DNA of 63,621 bases, the filler included, from Octopus bimaculoides (taxonomy: Eukaryota), in the NCBI RefSeq assembly GCF_001194135.2. It is 5 parts of 5 records of this genome, joined end to end, with 100 filler letters (N's around TTAATTAATTAA, not from the genome) between each part and the next. Parts side by side here need not be neighbours in the genome. Positions count along the whole stretch, not along the records: positions 1 to 28,790 come from NC_068984.1; positions 28,891 to 31,796 come from NC_068994.1; positions 31,897 to 57,860 come from NC_068996.1; 2 more parts are not named here. One strand, given 5' to 3'. Under the pieces are notes generated by a model, which saw only the letters and a list, made by a program, of their open reading frames with translations, searched no databases and was not told the DNA's origin. Position 1 is the stretch's first letter, and the number at the start of each line of letters is the position of its first letter. The position numbers and the translations under genes were made by a program. Positions 23,345-34,265 of the stretch are shown piece after piece.

Positions 23345-24156
23345 CAGGGTGCGATGGGTAAATTGTCGCTATTTTATATTTGTAATTTCGCGCATGCGCA
23401 TTGTTTGTTTTTGATTTTGTCAACTGCACAGTATAGTAGGGTCAGCTGGGCACCGTCTGTGAGAAAAACAGCACCATGACGTAATTGACTCAGTCAGAAA
23501 TTCCAATACGACTATTTCATAGCGTTTGGGTGTCAATCCAAAGACAGTGCAATCTAAGGACATTACTGAGACTGATAACAGTCAAACATTCAGTCAACAT
23601 TATGGTGTTTGGAGTGATCTCTAGTGATGGCGATGTTATGCCTCCATTCCTCTTTCCACACGGCCTCAAACTCAACACGGAGGCCTACATCAAGTTTCTG
23701 GAGAAGGTAGTGCTGCCCTGGATCAAGAAGGTGGCTGCTGAAAGACCCTATGTCTGGCAACAGGGCTCTGCACCATGCCACACAAGCAGGAGAAACCAGT
23801 CATGGCTGTCAGATAATTTCAGCGATCACATTGCTCCTAACATCTGACCACCTAACTCCCCTGACTGCAATCCCCTTGATTATTATTTGTGGGGCGCGGT
23901 TGAGCAATGGACCAATAAAACTCCTTGTAACACCAAAGATGAACTGAAGGCAAGGATTATGGCAGCATTCACCAACTTAAACAAGGAGATTGTCCGGAAG
24001 AGTTGCCGGAGATTCTGAAGTCATCTAGAGGCCGTGGTCGAAGCTAACGGCGATTTTATTTTTATGTAATTTTGGTACATATATCTATTAAAATGAGATG
24101 TCAGTTTTATTTTCAATTTTGCGTAATTTAGACAATAGTTTATTCACCGCACCCTG
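23345..24156 (+). mobile_element. Internally deleted DD37D (maT-type) Tc1/mariner-superfamily transposon
   Basis: TA-CAGGGTGCG...CGCACCCTG-TA TIRs with TA target duplication. QQ(G)SAPCHTS...PPNSPDCNPLDY has exactly 37 residues between the second (mutated) and third catalytic Asp; the N-terminal half is missing. Confidence 0.92.
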
Positions 24157-24803
24157 TATATGTGTGTGTGAGTGTGTGTATGCTTATATGTATATTATAT
24201 ATAGTGTGTGTGTCTATATGTGTGTGTAGGCATATAGCAGACATATAATNNNNNNNNNNNNNNNNNNNNNNNNNNNNNNNNNNNNNNNNNNNNNNNNNNN
24301 NNNNNNNNNNNNNNNNNNNNNNNNNNNNNNNNNNNNNNNNNNNNNNNNNNNNNNNNNNNNNNNNNNNNNNNNNNNNNNNNNNNNNNNNNNNNNNNNNNNN
24401 NNNNNNNNNNNNNNNNNNNNNNNNNNNNNNNNNNNNNNNNNNNNNNNNNNNNNNNNNNNNNNNNNNNNNNNNNNNNNNNNNNNNNNNNNNNNNNNNNNNN
24501 NNNNNNNNNNNNNNNNNNNNNNNNNNNNNNNNNNNNNNNNNNNNNNNNNNNNNNNNNNNNNNNNNNNNNNNNNNNNNNNNNNNNNNNNNNNNNNNNNNNN
24601 NNNNNNNNNNNNNNNNNNNNNNNNNNNNNNNNNNNNNNNNNNNNNNNNNNNNNNNNNNNNNNNNNNNNNNNNNNNNNNNNNNNNNNNNNNNNNNNNNNNN
24701 NNNNNNNNNNNNNNNNNNNNNNNNNNNNNNNNNNNNNNNNNNNNNNNNNNNNNNNNNNNNNNNNNNNNNNNNNNNNNNNNNNNNNNNNNNNNNNNNNNNN
24801 NNN

Positions 24804-24839
<36 letters not shown>

Positions 24840-24913
24840 TGTGTGTCTATATGTGTGTGTAGGCATATAGCAGACATATAATTGAGCCATGGATATAAGT
24901 TGTCAGAACTTAC

Positions 24914-25042
24914 TTATGACCTAACTCATGTGCTTCCAAATACCAAAGTCCCCATGTTATCTGATTATTGACAGCACAGCGCAATGATGCACGGCAAACT
25001 CCAGGCTGGTATGCTCGTCCTCCAGGTGCATGTGATTCTTTC
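24914..25042 (-). CDS. ADAMTS-like metalloprotease, coding exon A (catalytic domain up to HExxH)
   Basis: Acceptor tgatacag|G, donor AA|gtaagt; 129 bp, phase 2-2. Translates KESHAPGGRAYQPGVCRASLRCAVNNQITWGLWYLEAHELGH(N), containing the reprolysin GxC...C and HExGH motifs. Confidence 0.93.
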
Positions 25043-25308
25043 CTGTATCATATTGAAATGAATGTATTTAATATAGGATGTAGATTAAGCAGTAAATGAT
25101 TGATAAATCATCATACGTATGTGCGTGTGCGTGTGTACATGCATGTGTGTATGTGTGAGCGCACGTGTGCATGTAACTATATATTCACTTATCTTCTGTA
25201 AATAAACACTTCATGTTAGTCTCCTAATCATGCTACATGTGTGCGTGCGTGCGTGTGTGTGTGAGTGTGTGTGTGTGCGTATGTATGTGTGTGTGTGCTT
25301 TGTGTGTG

Positions 25309-26935
25309 TATTAGAAATATTTATAATGATATTGAACATGGTGACTTGTTCTTCCTCAAAATTTGTTTCCTCTCATTTTACAATTTTATATAGCATATTA
25401 TTTATGATCTTTATGGTTTACATATGTTTCCACTGCACAGATTATGGGTAGTTGCAGGTGCAACCTGGCATGATTTTTGGTGCAGCTTCTTCAGGGTCTA
25501 ACCATTTGGCTAGTTTCGAAGCGAACTGAGTGGAATTAGTTCTTGTTTTTTTTAGTTAGGGTTCGGAGGGAGGTGTTGGGGTTGTTTTGAAACTGAAATT
25601 CAATCTGTTTGTAGACTTGTGCAGTTGACCTCAAATTCACACCAGATGCTGTCCAAAGTCAGGGTTTGATCTAACTAGAAACAGTTAGCTACAGAAGGGA
25701 CCAGGGTACTAAAACCAAAATAACACGCAGTTGAATAAGGGTGGGAAGTAATCTAAAAGCCAGAAGTCAAAGGGTAACAACCCTAATACAGACCAATATC
25801 TTCACAAGACAGGGAGTGCGACCTGCTAAAAATTCCAGCACACAAACACCTATATATTGAAAACTTAGAAATAATACTAGACCAATATAAACGAGGACAG
25901 CAGAGACTTCTAGTGGAGGCCATAACACAATATAAACTCAAGATGTTTGACGAAAAACTTGGTCTATAGATGCAAAATCACTTCTGAGGGAAGGACGTAC
26001 TTCTATATGGGGGCAAGTTCTCTTAATTTCAAGAGAAGGTTGGCCAATCATTTAAGTTTTTTTAAAAATAGGGAAAAGATGAAGGATACTAGCCTAAGCA
26101 AACTAATCTGGTCAATTAAAGACAGTAACCATAACTATACAATAGAGTGGGAAATAATCAGAACAGCTAAACCAAAGCAGGCAGGAAGAAGTTGATGTGA
26201 CTTGTGCATAGAAGAATTATATCAAATATTTAAAATCGAGAAACACATTACTTAATATCAATCTTGAACAGGCTTTAAGATGCGTACACACTAACACAGC
26301 AAAACTTTAAAAAAATTTAAAGAAGGTTCTAAATAATCAATGCTCCACCCACAATCAAGAGGATAGAAGAACATATCCTAAACCCCCAAAATTCATGGTC
26401 CTCCTTAGCAAACCTAGCATATACTTTATTCAATGTATACCGCAAAACATAAACAACACAGTCAAGAAAATGAATATATAAACAGCTAAAGACTTTATAC
26501 TACAAGCACTACACTTGAAATCAAAGCTACACCACACCCAACCACCACAATAAACAAGGAACCCTGCAAAACATCAACTTTGACCTAATTAGATCAAACC
26601 CTGACTTTGAACAGTAACTGGTGTGAATTCGAGGTCAACTGCACAAGCCTACTAACGGATTGAATTTCAATTTCTAAACAACCTCACCACCTCCCTCCGA
26701 ACCCTAGCTAAAAAAAAACTAACTCCACTCAGTTCGCTTCAAAACTAGCCAAATGAAGAAGCTGCAACAAAAATTGTGCCAGGCTGCATCTGAAACTGCC
26801 CATAATCTGTGCAGTGGAAACGTGTGGGTCATAAGGACCATAATGATATTCTATATAAAATTGTAAAATAAGAGAAAATAAATTTTGAGGATGAACAAGT
26901 CTCCATGTTCTATATCATTATAATTATTGCTAATA
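25309..26935 (+). mobile_element. Penelope-like element: GIY-YIG endonuclease remnant between about 370-bp inverted terminal repeats
   Basis: VYRC...FYMG...FKRRLANH...SLSKLIW...IEWEII...CDLC. 25309-25678 is the reverse complement of 26586-26935. Confidence 0.88.
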
Positions 26936-27110
26936 TTTACTCCAGTCAATGTTATCATTCAGAGAAGTGGACACGAAATTTACAGAGTGACTAACAACTA
27001 ATAATAGTTATAGACGTTAAATACCGATCGACGTGCTTAACTGTAATCTGGAACATAACTGAGAGCCACCACAGTATCCACCCAGATGATATATCCCTCC
27101 AAACTCTCTC

Positions 27111-27198
<88 letters not shown>

Positions 27199-27205
27199 GT
27201 ATGTA

Positions 27206-27283
<78 letters not shown>

Positions 27284-27344
27284 GAAACTGTTTCATACAG
27301 TGCTCAGGTGCACTACAACTAAGAAAGCATAAAAGCCATCAGGT

Positions 27345-28400
27345 GTACTGTTGTTGGATTCCAGGAAGCATGGAAGTTTTGAAGGACGTAGTGTCTAAAC
27401 AGCTAACAACTGATACGGGTAGTTTATTCTATGCTTCAACAATTTCGAGCGTGAAAAAAAAGTTTCCAAAAGCCATGGGTGCTGTGCTGTCTTTTATTTT
27501 GTAAGCATGTCCACAGGTGTTTGTCATATGGAATACAAAAAGGTGCCCGAGGTTGTTATTGGAAAGATGATGGATAATCTTGTAGGTGTCTACCAAGTCA
27601 GTTGCCAAACGTCTGAGCTTCTATGTGTCCATGCCCAGAGAAGCAAGATGTTCATAGTATGGTAGATGCCTGATGGCGGGTATTCGTTTTGTTGCACGTT
27701 TCTAAAGTTTCCAGGAGATTTATATGCTGAGCAAAATAGGGATAGCAGACTGGTAATGCAAATTCTAAGTGTGGATGTACCATTGTCATATAGAGTTTTA
27801 AATAGATAGCTGGAGGGCGGCTGAGTGAGACTAGGACACCCTTGGCCTTCTTTACTGAGTGGGACTAGGACACTCTCAGCCTTCTTGACAATCTTAGAGA
27901 TGTGGTTTGTCCAACGCGGATTGTTGTTTACAATAATACACAGATCACGTTCACTAGATGACTTCTTGAGATTGGTATTGCTGAGGGAGTATCTAAAGGC
28001 TGGGTTTTCCTCCCAAAGTGCATGGTGACGCACTTGCCTACAACTAGCTTGAGTTACCAGTCAGAAATCCATTGCTGCATTGTGTCCAGGTCTGATTGTA
28101 GGAAATGTCTATAGTGCGTAGGATCTGTTCTTTTTATCTCAAGGTACAGCTAGGTGTCATTTGCATATTTCAACACTGTCACGTTCCTCAAGTTGGCATC
28201 TATGTTATTAATATATGCAACAAACAGTAGGAGTCCTCCAAGAACGTATCCCTGTGGTACACCAGAACTCATCTCGTAGAATGAAGAATAATGTCCTAGA
28301 ACTGTAACTTCCTGTTTCCGACTGAGAATGAAGGACTTCAGCCAGTTACAGAAATCGTTTTTCACACCCATTGCAAAGAGTTTTGCCATGAGTCGTATAT
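27345..28400 (-). mobile_element. 5'-truncated CR1-clade LINE
   Basis: SGVPQGYVLG...YINNID...KYANDT, ERDLCIIV, VRPHLEFA, NKLP. Confidence 0.85.
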
Positions 28401-28425
28401 ATATTGTATATATACGTATACATGG

Positions 28426-28463
<38 letters not shown>

Positions 28464-28465
<2 letters not shown>

Positions 28466-28664
28466 TTATTAATGGTGAAGGCCTGTTTATAGGGTTACCC
28501 TAGGTCTCTTGCCATAAAGTGTATCTTAATTGCATATCATCAGAACCTAAGACTTGTTGGCCTATGGCCTCTTTAAAGAGGGCATAGGACAATAAGTCTC
28601 AGGATACTCTTTATTGAGAGAGACCCAGGATAACCCTATAAACAGGCCTTCACCAGTAATAAAT
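28464..28664. mobile_element. About 200-bp fold-back, MITE-like element
   Basis: About 45-bp terminal inverted repeats (atttattaatggtgaaggcctgtttatagggtta...) plus an inner palindrome centred on cctctttaaagagg. Confidence 0.8.
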
Positions 28665-28790
28665 ATAGACTGCTGTACTTCTTAGAGTGTGCTACTTCTC
28701 TGTTTTTATGTTTTTCATTGATATATATATATGTGTGTGTGTGAGTGTGTGTGCATGTATGTATGTATGTATGTATATATACTTATATAT

Positions 28791-28890
28791 NNNNNNNNNN
28801 NNNNNNNNNNNNNNNNNNNNNNNNNNNNNNNNNNTTAATTAATTAANNNNNNNNNNNNNNNNNNNNNNNNNNNNNNNNNNNNNNNNNNNN
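28791..28890. other. Artificial scaffold join (44 N + TTAATTAATTAA + 44 N)
   Basis: An identical 100-bp spacer recurs at 31797-31896, 57861-57960 and 61567-61666; the 12-mer has stop codons in all six frames. Confidence 0.95.
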
Positions 28891-29007
28891 CTAACATTTT
28901 TACCAAAATTTATATTCACTCCTCAATGCATATCTCCGGATAATTTTGTTAATCAATTTAAAATACAGAGTTTTCTTTTTTTCTTTTTCAAGAATTTATG
29001 TTTCATG

Positions 29008-29580
29008 GACGCAGGTATGGTATTGTGGCTAAAAAGTTCGCTTTGTAACCACGTGGCTTTTGGTTCACTTCCACTGCACGGCACCTTGGGCAAATGTCTG
29101 CTACAATAGGCCCCGAGCCGACCAATGCCTTTTCAGTGAATTTGGTAGATGGAAACTATGTCGACTTTGCCTTTCATCCTTTCGGGGTCGATAAATTAAG
29201 TACCAGTTACGCACTGGGGTCGATGTAATCGACTTAATCCCTTTGTCTGTCCTTGTTTGTCCCCTCTATGTTTGACCTCTTGTGGGCAATAAAGAAATAG
29301 GAAACTATGTGGAATTCCGTCGTATACGCACACACACAGACACACACACACTCACACACTCACATACAACAAAATACACATTCAAACACACACACACACA
29401 CATGTATGTAACGTGTGTATGTCTTTGTGTTTTTATATGTTCCTTCCCCACAAAGAAAAACGATTGACAACTGATGTAGGTTTGTTTACGTCCTCATAGT
29501 GGTTCGGCAACGCAGACTGATAGAATAGTACCAGACTTTAAAAAAATAAGTACTGGAGTCGAATTGACAGAATCGAGAAA
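29008..29580 (+). mobile_element. SINE family A interrupted by a nested family B copy (29162-29299)
   Basis: GGAAACTATGT is duplicated at 29151-29161 and 29300-29310 around the family B fragment. Confidence 0.8.
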
Positions 29581-29593
29581 AGAAAATTAAATA

Positions 29594-29779
29594 TAGGCGC
29601 AGGAGTGGCTGTGTGGTAAGTAGCTTGCTTACCAACCACATGGTCCCGGGCTCAGTCTCACTGCGTGGCATCTTGGGCAAGTGTCTTCTACTATAGCCTC
29701 AAGCTATAACCAAAGCCTTGTGGGTGGATTTGGTAGACAGAAAACTGAAAGAAGCCCGTCGTATATATACACACACATA

Positions 29780-29810
<31 letters not shown>

Positions 29811-29990
29811 TTGTGATACTGCGTTTGTCCCTCCAACATCGCTTGACAACCAATACTGGTGTGTTCGGCAAAAGAGACCGATAAAATAAGTACTAGGCTT
29901 ACAAAGAATAAGTCCTGGGGTCGATTTGCTTGACTAAAGGCGGTGCCCCAGCATAGCCGCAGTCAAATGACTGAAACAAGTAAAAAAAAT
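29594..29990 (+). mobile_element. SINE family A
   Basis: Full-length, little-diverged copy. Confidence 0.9.
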
Positions 29991-30294
29991 AAATAAATAA
30001 AGATAAAAACTAATTACTATTCTTTTCATTATGTGTTTCTTATTATAATTCAATTAATTAAAAGTTCTTTTTGAGTCACCGCTGCACACACCAATTATCA
30101 GACTTGGGACCGGAAGTGTCTCGGATTTCTGAATTTTCTAGTTTTCTAGGGTCAACCTAAGTATAAGTTTGAAATATAAAATAAACTACGAAAAGTAAAT
30201 AAATAAATAAATTGTATTTAACAGATTCAAATTAATACACTGCAAAAGCAGGGTCTGTTTTATGCTTATTAATCCACTTAAAATATATATTACT

Positions 30295-30880
30295 GTCAGT
30301 GGACTAACTCAGAGGGGTAAAGGGTTCCACCTCTTTCCCCCGAGCACATTTCTTCAAAATTGGCGCATTTCAACAATTTTTTAAAACTCTAGTTACCTAT
30401 GGGGCTGGTGTTTGGAAGTTCGGGACCCGATTAGAGAATTGTCAGTGGGGCCCTTTACTCTATAAAAGTTAGATATCGGTGTCGTATGCTTTGTGTAGTA
30501 CACCAGTCCCAGGCAAAAAGTGTTGAGGGATTGAGGCCCCACCATTAGCCACAAAGAAATACTAAAAATTTATCATAGCATCCTCTGCTCAAACGTGTGC
30601 GCGGGGCCCTCTCTTGGTGCGGGACCCTCTTTTGGTGCGGGGTCCAATCTGAGCAAATCTGTATAAATGGCTTAAAACCAGCCTTGTAAGTTTCATACGT
30701 TAATGACTGTTACTGAAACCTGAAATTAATGAATATAGAATACAATTACGTATATTATAACTAATGAAATATTTCGCGTAAAATAAGATAAATGATTTTA
30801 AAATCGTTTGCTATGTGTCACGGTGCCATTTTTTATGTTCCCGCTTCCTCCAACTTTAGAACATGGCTACGCCTCTGCTT
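30295..30880. mobile_element. hAT-like non-autonomous element fragments
   Basis: CAGTGG...-type start at about 30297, reversed ends caaggctggttttaag (about 30670-30687) and cagaggcgtagcc (about 30865-30877), and GGGGCCC subterminal repeats. Confidence 0.4.
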
Positions 30881-31189
30881 GCTGTGCCATGTGTACAGTA
30901 TAATGTTTATAGGATGAAAATTAAAAGAAGGAAAGCAAAGAACACGTCTTTATTTAACAGATACAGGTAGAAATTAATACACATCTAAAGCAGATTATGT
31001 TTAATCTCTATAAATCGACTTACAAAGTATGCTAAGTAACTCACTTCAAAAGCAAAGTCTGTTTACTCTATAAAGTACAAGTTATTGCATGATATCACGC
31101 AGTCTTCTCGGATTTCTGGAAGCCGGATAAGAGGTCCGAGGCCGGTACTGTATTAGTTATTTTAGTCCGCATTTAACTATCTATTCCTC

Positions 31190-31660
31190 TTCTAACTAAA
31201 TAACAATCGGCGTGCTGGACAATATGTCGGTCAGTGTGTCGTCGGCTGAGGCGTCGTCCATTTTGGTTTGCCTTTCGTTGTACTAGTCGAGCGGTGTGAC
31301 GGTCGGCGTGTTGTCGAAGATTTAAGTTTTAAGGCTACCAGAATTAGTGGCGTTTCAATGTTTGACGGGCGATAATTACTGTCATAAACGTAGCTTTGCT
31401 AACGTTGATTGCTCTTAATTTATCTGCCTGACCGAGCGTTCTAATGCAAAATATGTCAACAAATACGGCCGAAGCTGATGATTCCATCAACTCGGCCAGC
31501 ATAACATCGCAATTTGCGAGGCAATATCACTCGCAGGTCTCACGGCTGTCTCCCGGCGGTGGAGACGAGGGGGAGAAGGAGAGGAGGGGGGGGGAATCGC
31601 CAAGAAAGGAGTGATATTAGCTGTTCCGTTCCCACCGCCACTGGTAAATGAATACATCTA
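31190..31660. promoter_or_regulatory. CpG-rich island-like region, candidate promoter or first exon
   Basis: Conspicuous density of CG dinucleotides in otherwise CpG-poor, AT-rich DNA; no TE motif recognised; minus-strand donors gtgagt (31044) and gtaagt (31023) just downstream. Confidence 0.45.
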
Positions 31661-31896
31661 TATCCAGGCAAAAACGGACAGAAACAAGCACACCAACAAG
31701 CGTGCAAACGCTTACACTCACTTACAAACATACATACATACATACATACATACATACATACATACATACACTAACACGTACACACATAAGTGTGAANNNN
31801 NNNNNNNNNNNNNNNNNNNNNNNNNNNNNNNNNNNNNNNNTTAATTAATTAANNNNNNNNNNNNNNNNNNNNNNNNNNNNNNNNNNNNNNNNNNNN

Positions 31897-31965
<69 letters not shown>

Positions 31966-32399
31966 TAGATAAAAGATTTTGAGCTGTGATTAATCTGTTA
32001 CTTCATATATTGATGCTTCCCGCTGTTAATGGCTGCTCATTTAACTAATTTACGACCAAAAGACTGGATATATTTTTTATATAAATATGAACACCTTTAT
32101 TGTTATTTTATTCAGCAAACAGCTGTACATGAAATTCAATGAAGTAATAGGGAATATATTTAGCAGCACTAACACTAAATAAACAATAATCCACATCTAT
32201 CTATAGCGGACATTTTTTTTGCATATTAATTCAAATGTGCATAAGCATGTGCGGGTACATATACATAACTTAACCTTTTTGATGCGACTCTACTCTATAC
32301 TGTTTTCTTCCCATCCTTCTCTAATTCCCTTTTCTCCCCTTCACCATTTTCTCTCTCCTCATCGCTTTCTCTTTTTCTCTCTCGTTGCTCATATGTGAC

Positions 32400-32838
32400 C
32401 ATCATCCATATTTTATTTACTCACGTGACCATCTTTCCTTTCCTCCAGAACTTCCTAAGGACTGAACGTCTTCTGTCTGTCTCTGTCTCTCTCTCTTCTA
32501 CCTTTTCACTTTTCAAAAAAAATATTTCTCCAGCGGTCGCTATTTTACCCTCGTTCTGGTCCAACGACCGTCCATGTTTGTTTTCGTTCGGTTTCCTGGT
32601 ATGACTCCACTGTCCGGTCAATGTTCTCAACTTTGACGCTCCATAAATGAAAAATTTTATTTTGGTACTTATGGGAGCAACTGTCTTCGAAGACTCATAT
32701 TCTCGTTCAATGCCCGAAATGAGGACTAGATAGACAGCCGACAACTGATGAAGGGTCGTTCTTTGTGTTACTTGTCCTATTTTTACGTATTGCATGTTGT
32801 TTGCACAATTGGTGACGTCCTGTTATCACATATGCATA
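32400..32838 (+). mobile_element. Probable Penelope-like terminal fragment
   Basis: CTGATGAAGG at about 32746 followed by T-rich sequence resembling PLE ends; cut by the N gap before any GAAAC. Confidence 0.3.
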
Positions 32839-33590
32839 NNNNNNNNNNNNNNNNNNNNNNNNNNNNNNNNNNNNNNNNNNNNNNNNNNNNNNNNNNNNNN
32901 NNNNNNNNNNNNNNNNNNNNNNNNNNNNNNNNNNNNNNNNNNNNNNNNNNNNNNNNNNNNNNNNNNNNNNNNNNNNNNNNNNNNNNNNNNNNNNNNNNNN
33001 NNNNNNNNNNNNNNNNNNNNNNNNNNNNNNNNNNNNNNNNNNNNNNNNNNNNNNNNNNNNNNNNNNNNNNNNNNNNNNNNNNNNNNNNNNNNNNNNNNNN
33101 NNNNNNNNNNNNNNNNNNNNNNNNNNNNNNNNNNNNNNNNNNNNNNNNNNNNNNNNNNNNNNNNNNNNNNNNNNNNNNNNNNNNNNNNNNNNNNNNNNNN
33201 NNNNNNNNNNNNNNNNNNNNNNNNNNNNNNNNNNNNNNNNNNNNNNNNNNNNNNNNNNNNNNNNNNNNNNNNNNNNNNNNNNNNNNNNNNNNNNNNNNNN
33301 NNNNNNNNNNNNNNNNNNNNNNNNNNNNNNNNNNNNNNNNNNNNNNNNNNNNNNNNNNNNNNNNNNNNNNNNNNNNNNNNNNNNNNNNNNNNNNNNNNNN
33401 NNNNNNNNNNNNNNNNNNNNNNNNNNNNNNNNNNNNNNNNNNNNNNNNNNNNNNNNNNNNNNNNNNNNNNNNNNNNNNNNNNATATATATATATATATAT
33501 ATATACGCACACAACCACACACACAAATATATAGCTATAAATAGAAATAGATAATATATGTATATACATATATATGCGTATGCATATGTA

Positions 33591-33793
33591 CGAGGGTTGT
33601 TGAAAAGTTCCTGGTTTCGGATGAAAGAAAATACAGGAGGATCTGATAATTATGGTTTTATTCAACACGTCCCCTTCTCAGATTCACACACCTATTAAGT
33701 CTTTCTAAGCCCTGTTAAGGAATTCGAAAGGTTGGGCCCCAGCCGGACCTTTCGCGGCACCCTTAAGACCTGGAACTATTCAGCAACCCGTCA
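33591..33793. mobile_element. Mariner-type MITE
   Basis: TA-CGAGGGTTGTTGAAAAGTTCCTGG, with a diverged inverted partner CCTGGAACTATTCAGCAACCCGTCA. Confidence 0.65.
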
Positions 33794-34044
33794 CATATAT
33801 ATCCATCCATTCATCCATCCATCCATTCATCCATCCATCCATTCATCCATCCATGCATTCATCTCTCTCTCTACACACACACGCACACGCACTCGCACAC
33901 ATGCACACACACACACACGCGCACACACACGCGCACACACACGCACACACACACATATATAATAAAAAATATCTGCACAAACACACTCAGATATATAGAT
34001 ATAAATAAAAATGGATATACACAAAGCACGTATATGTATATGCA

Positions 34045-34076
<32 letters not shown>

Positions 34077-34228
34077 CANNNNNNNNNNNNNNNNNNNNNN
34101 NNNNNNNNNNNNNNNNNNNNNNNNNNNNNNNNNNNNNNNNNNNNNNNNNNNNNNNNNNNNNNNNNNNNNNNNNNNNNNNNNNNNNNNNNNNNNNNNNNNN
34201 NNNNNNNNNNNNNNNNNNNNNNNNNNNN

Positions 34229-34265
<37 letters not shown>

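Noticed and set aside
24140-24890. Long ORFs containing X runs (also 32707-33668, 38657-39567, 43110-44134, 53378-53799, 55001-56533)
   Set aside because: Artefacts of reading through N gaps and TA/TG repeats.
28835-28846. TTAATTAATTAA palindrome as a biological motif
   Set aside because: Always centred in a 100-bp N spacer; a scaffolding artefact.
32421-32795. 124-aa minus-strand ORF ending at a gtgagt donor in phase 2
   Set aside because: Phase matches protease exon A, but the peptide has no M12B features, is GA-repeat derived, and overlaps a probable Penelope-type end.
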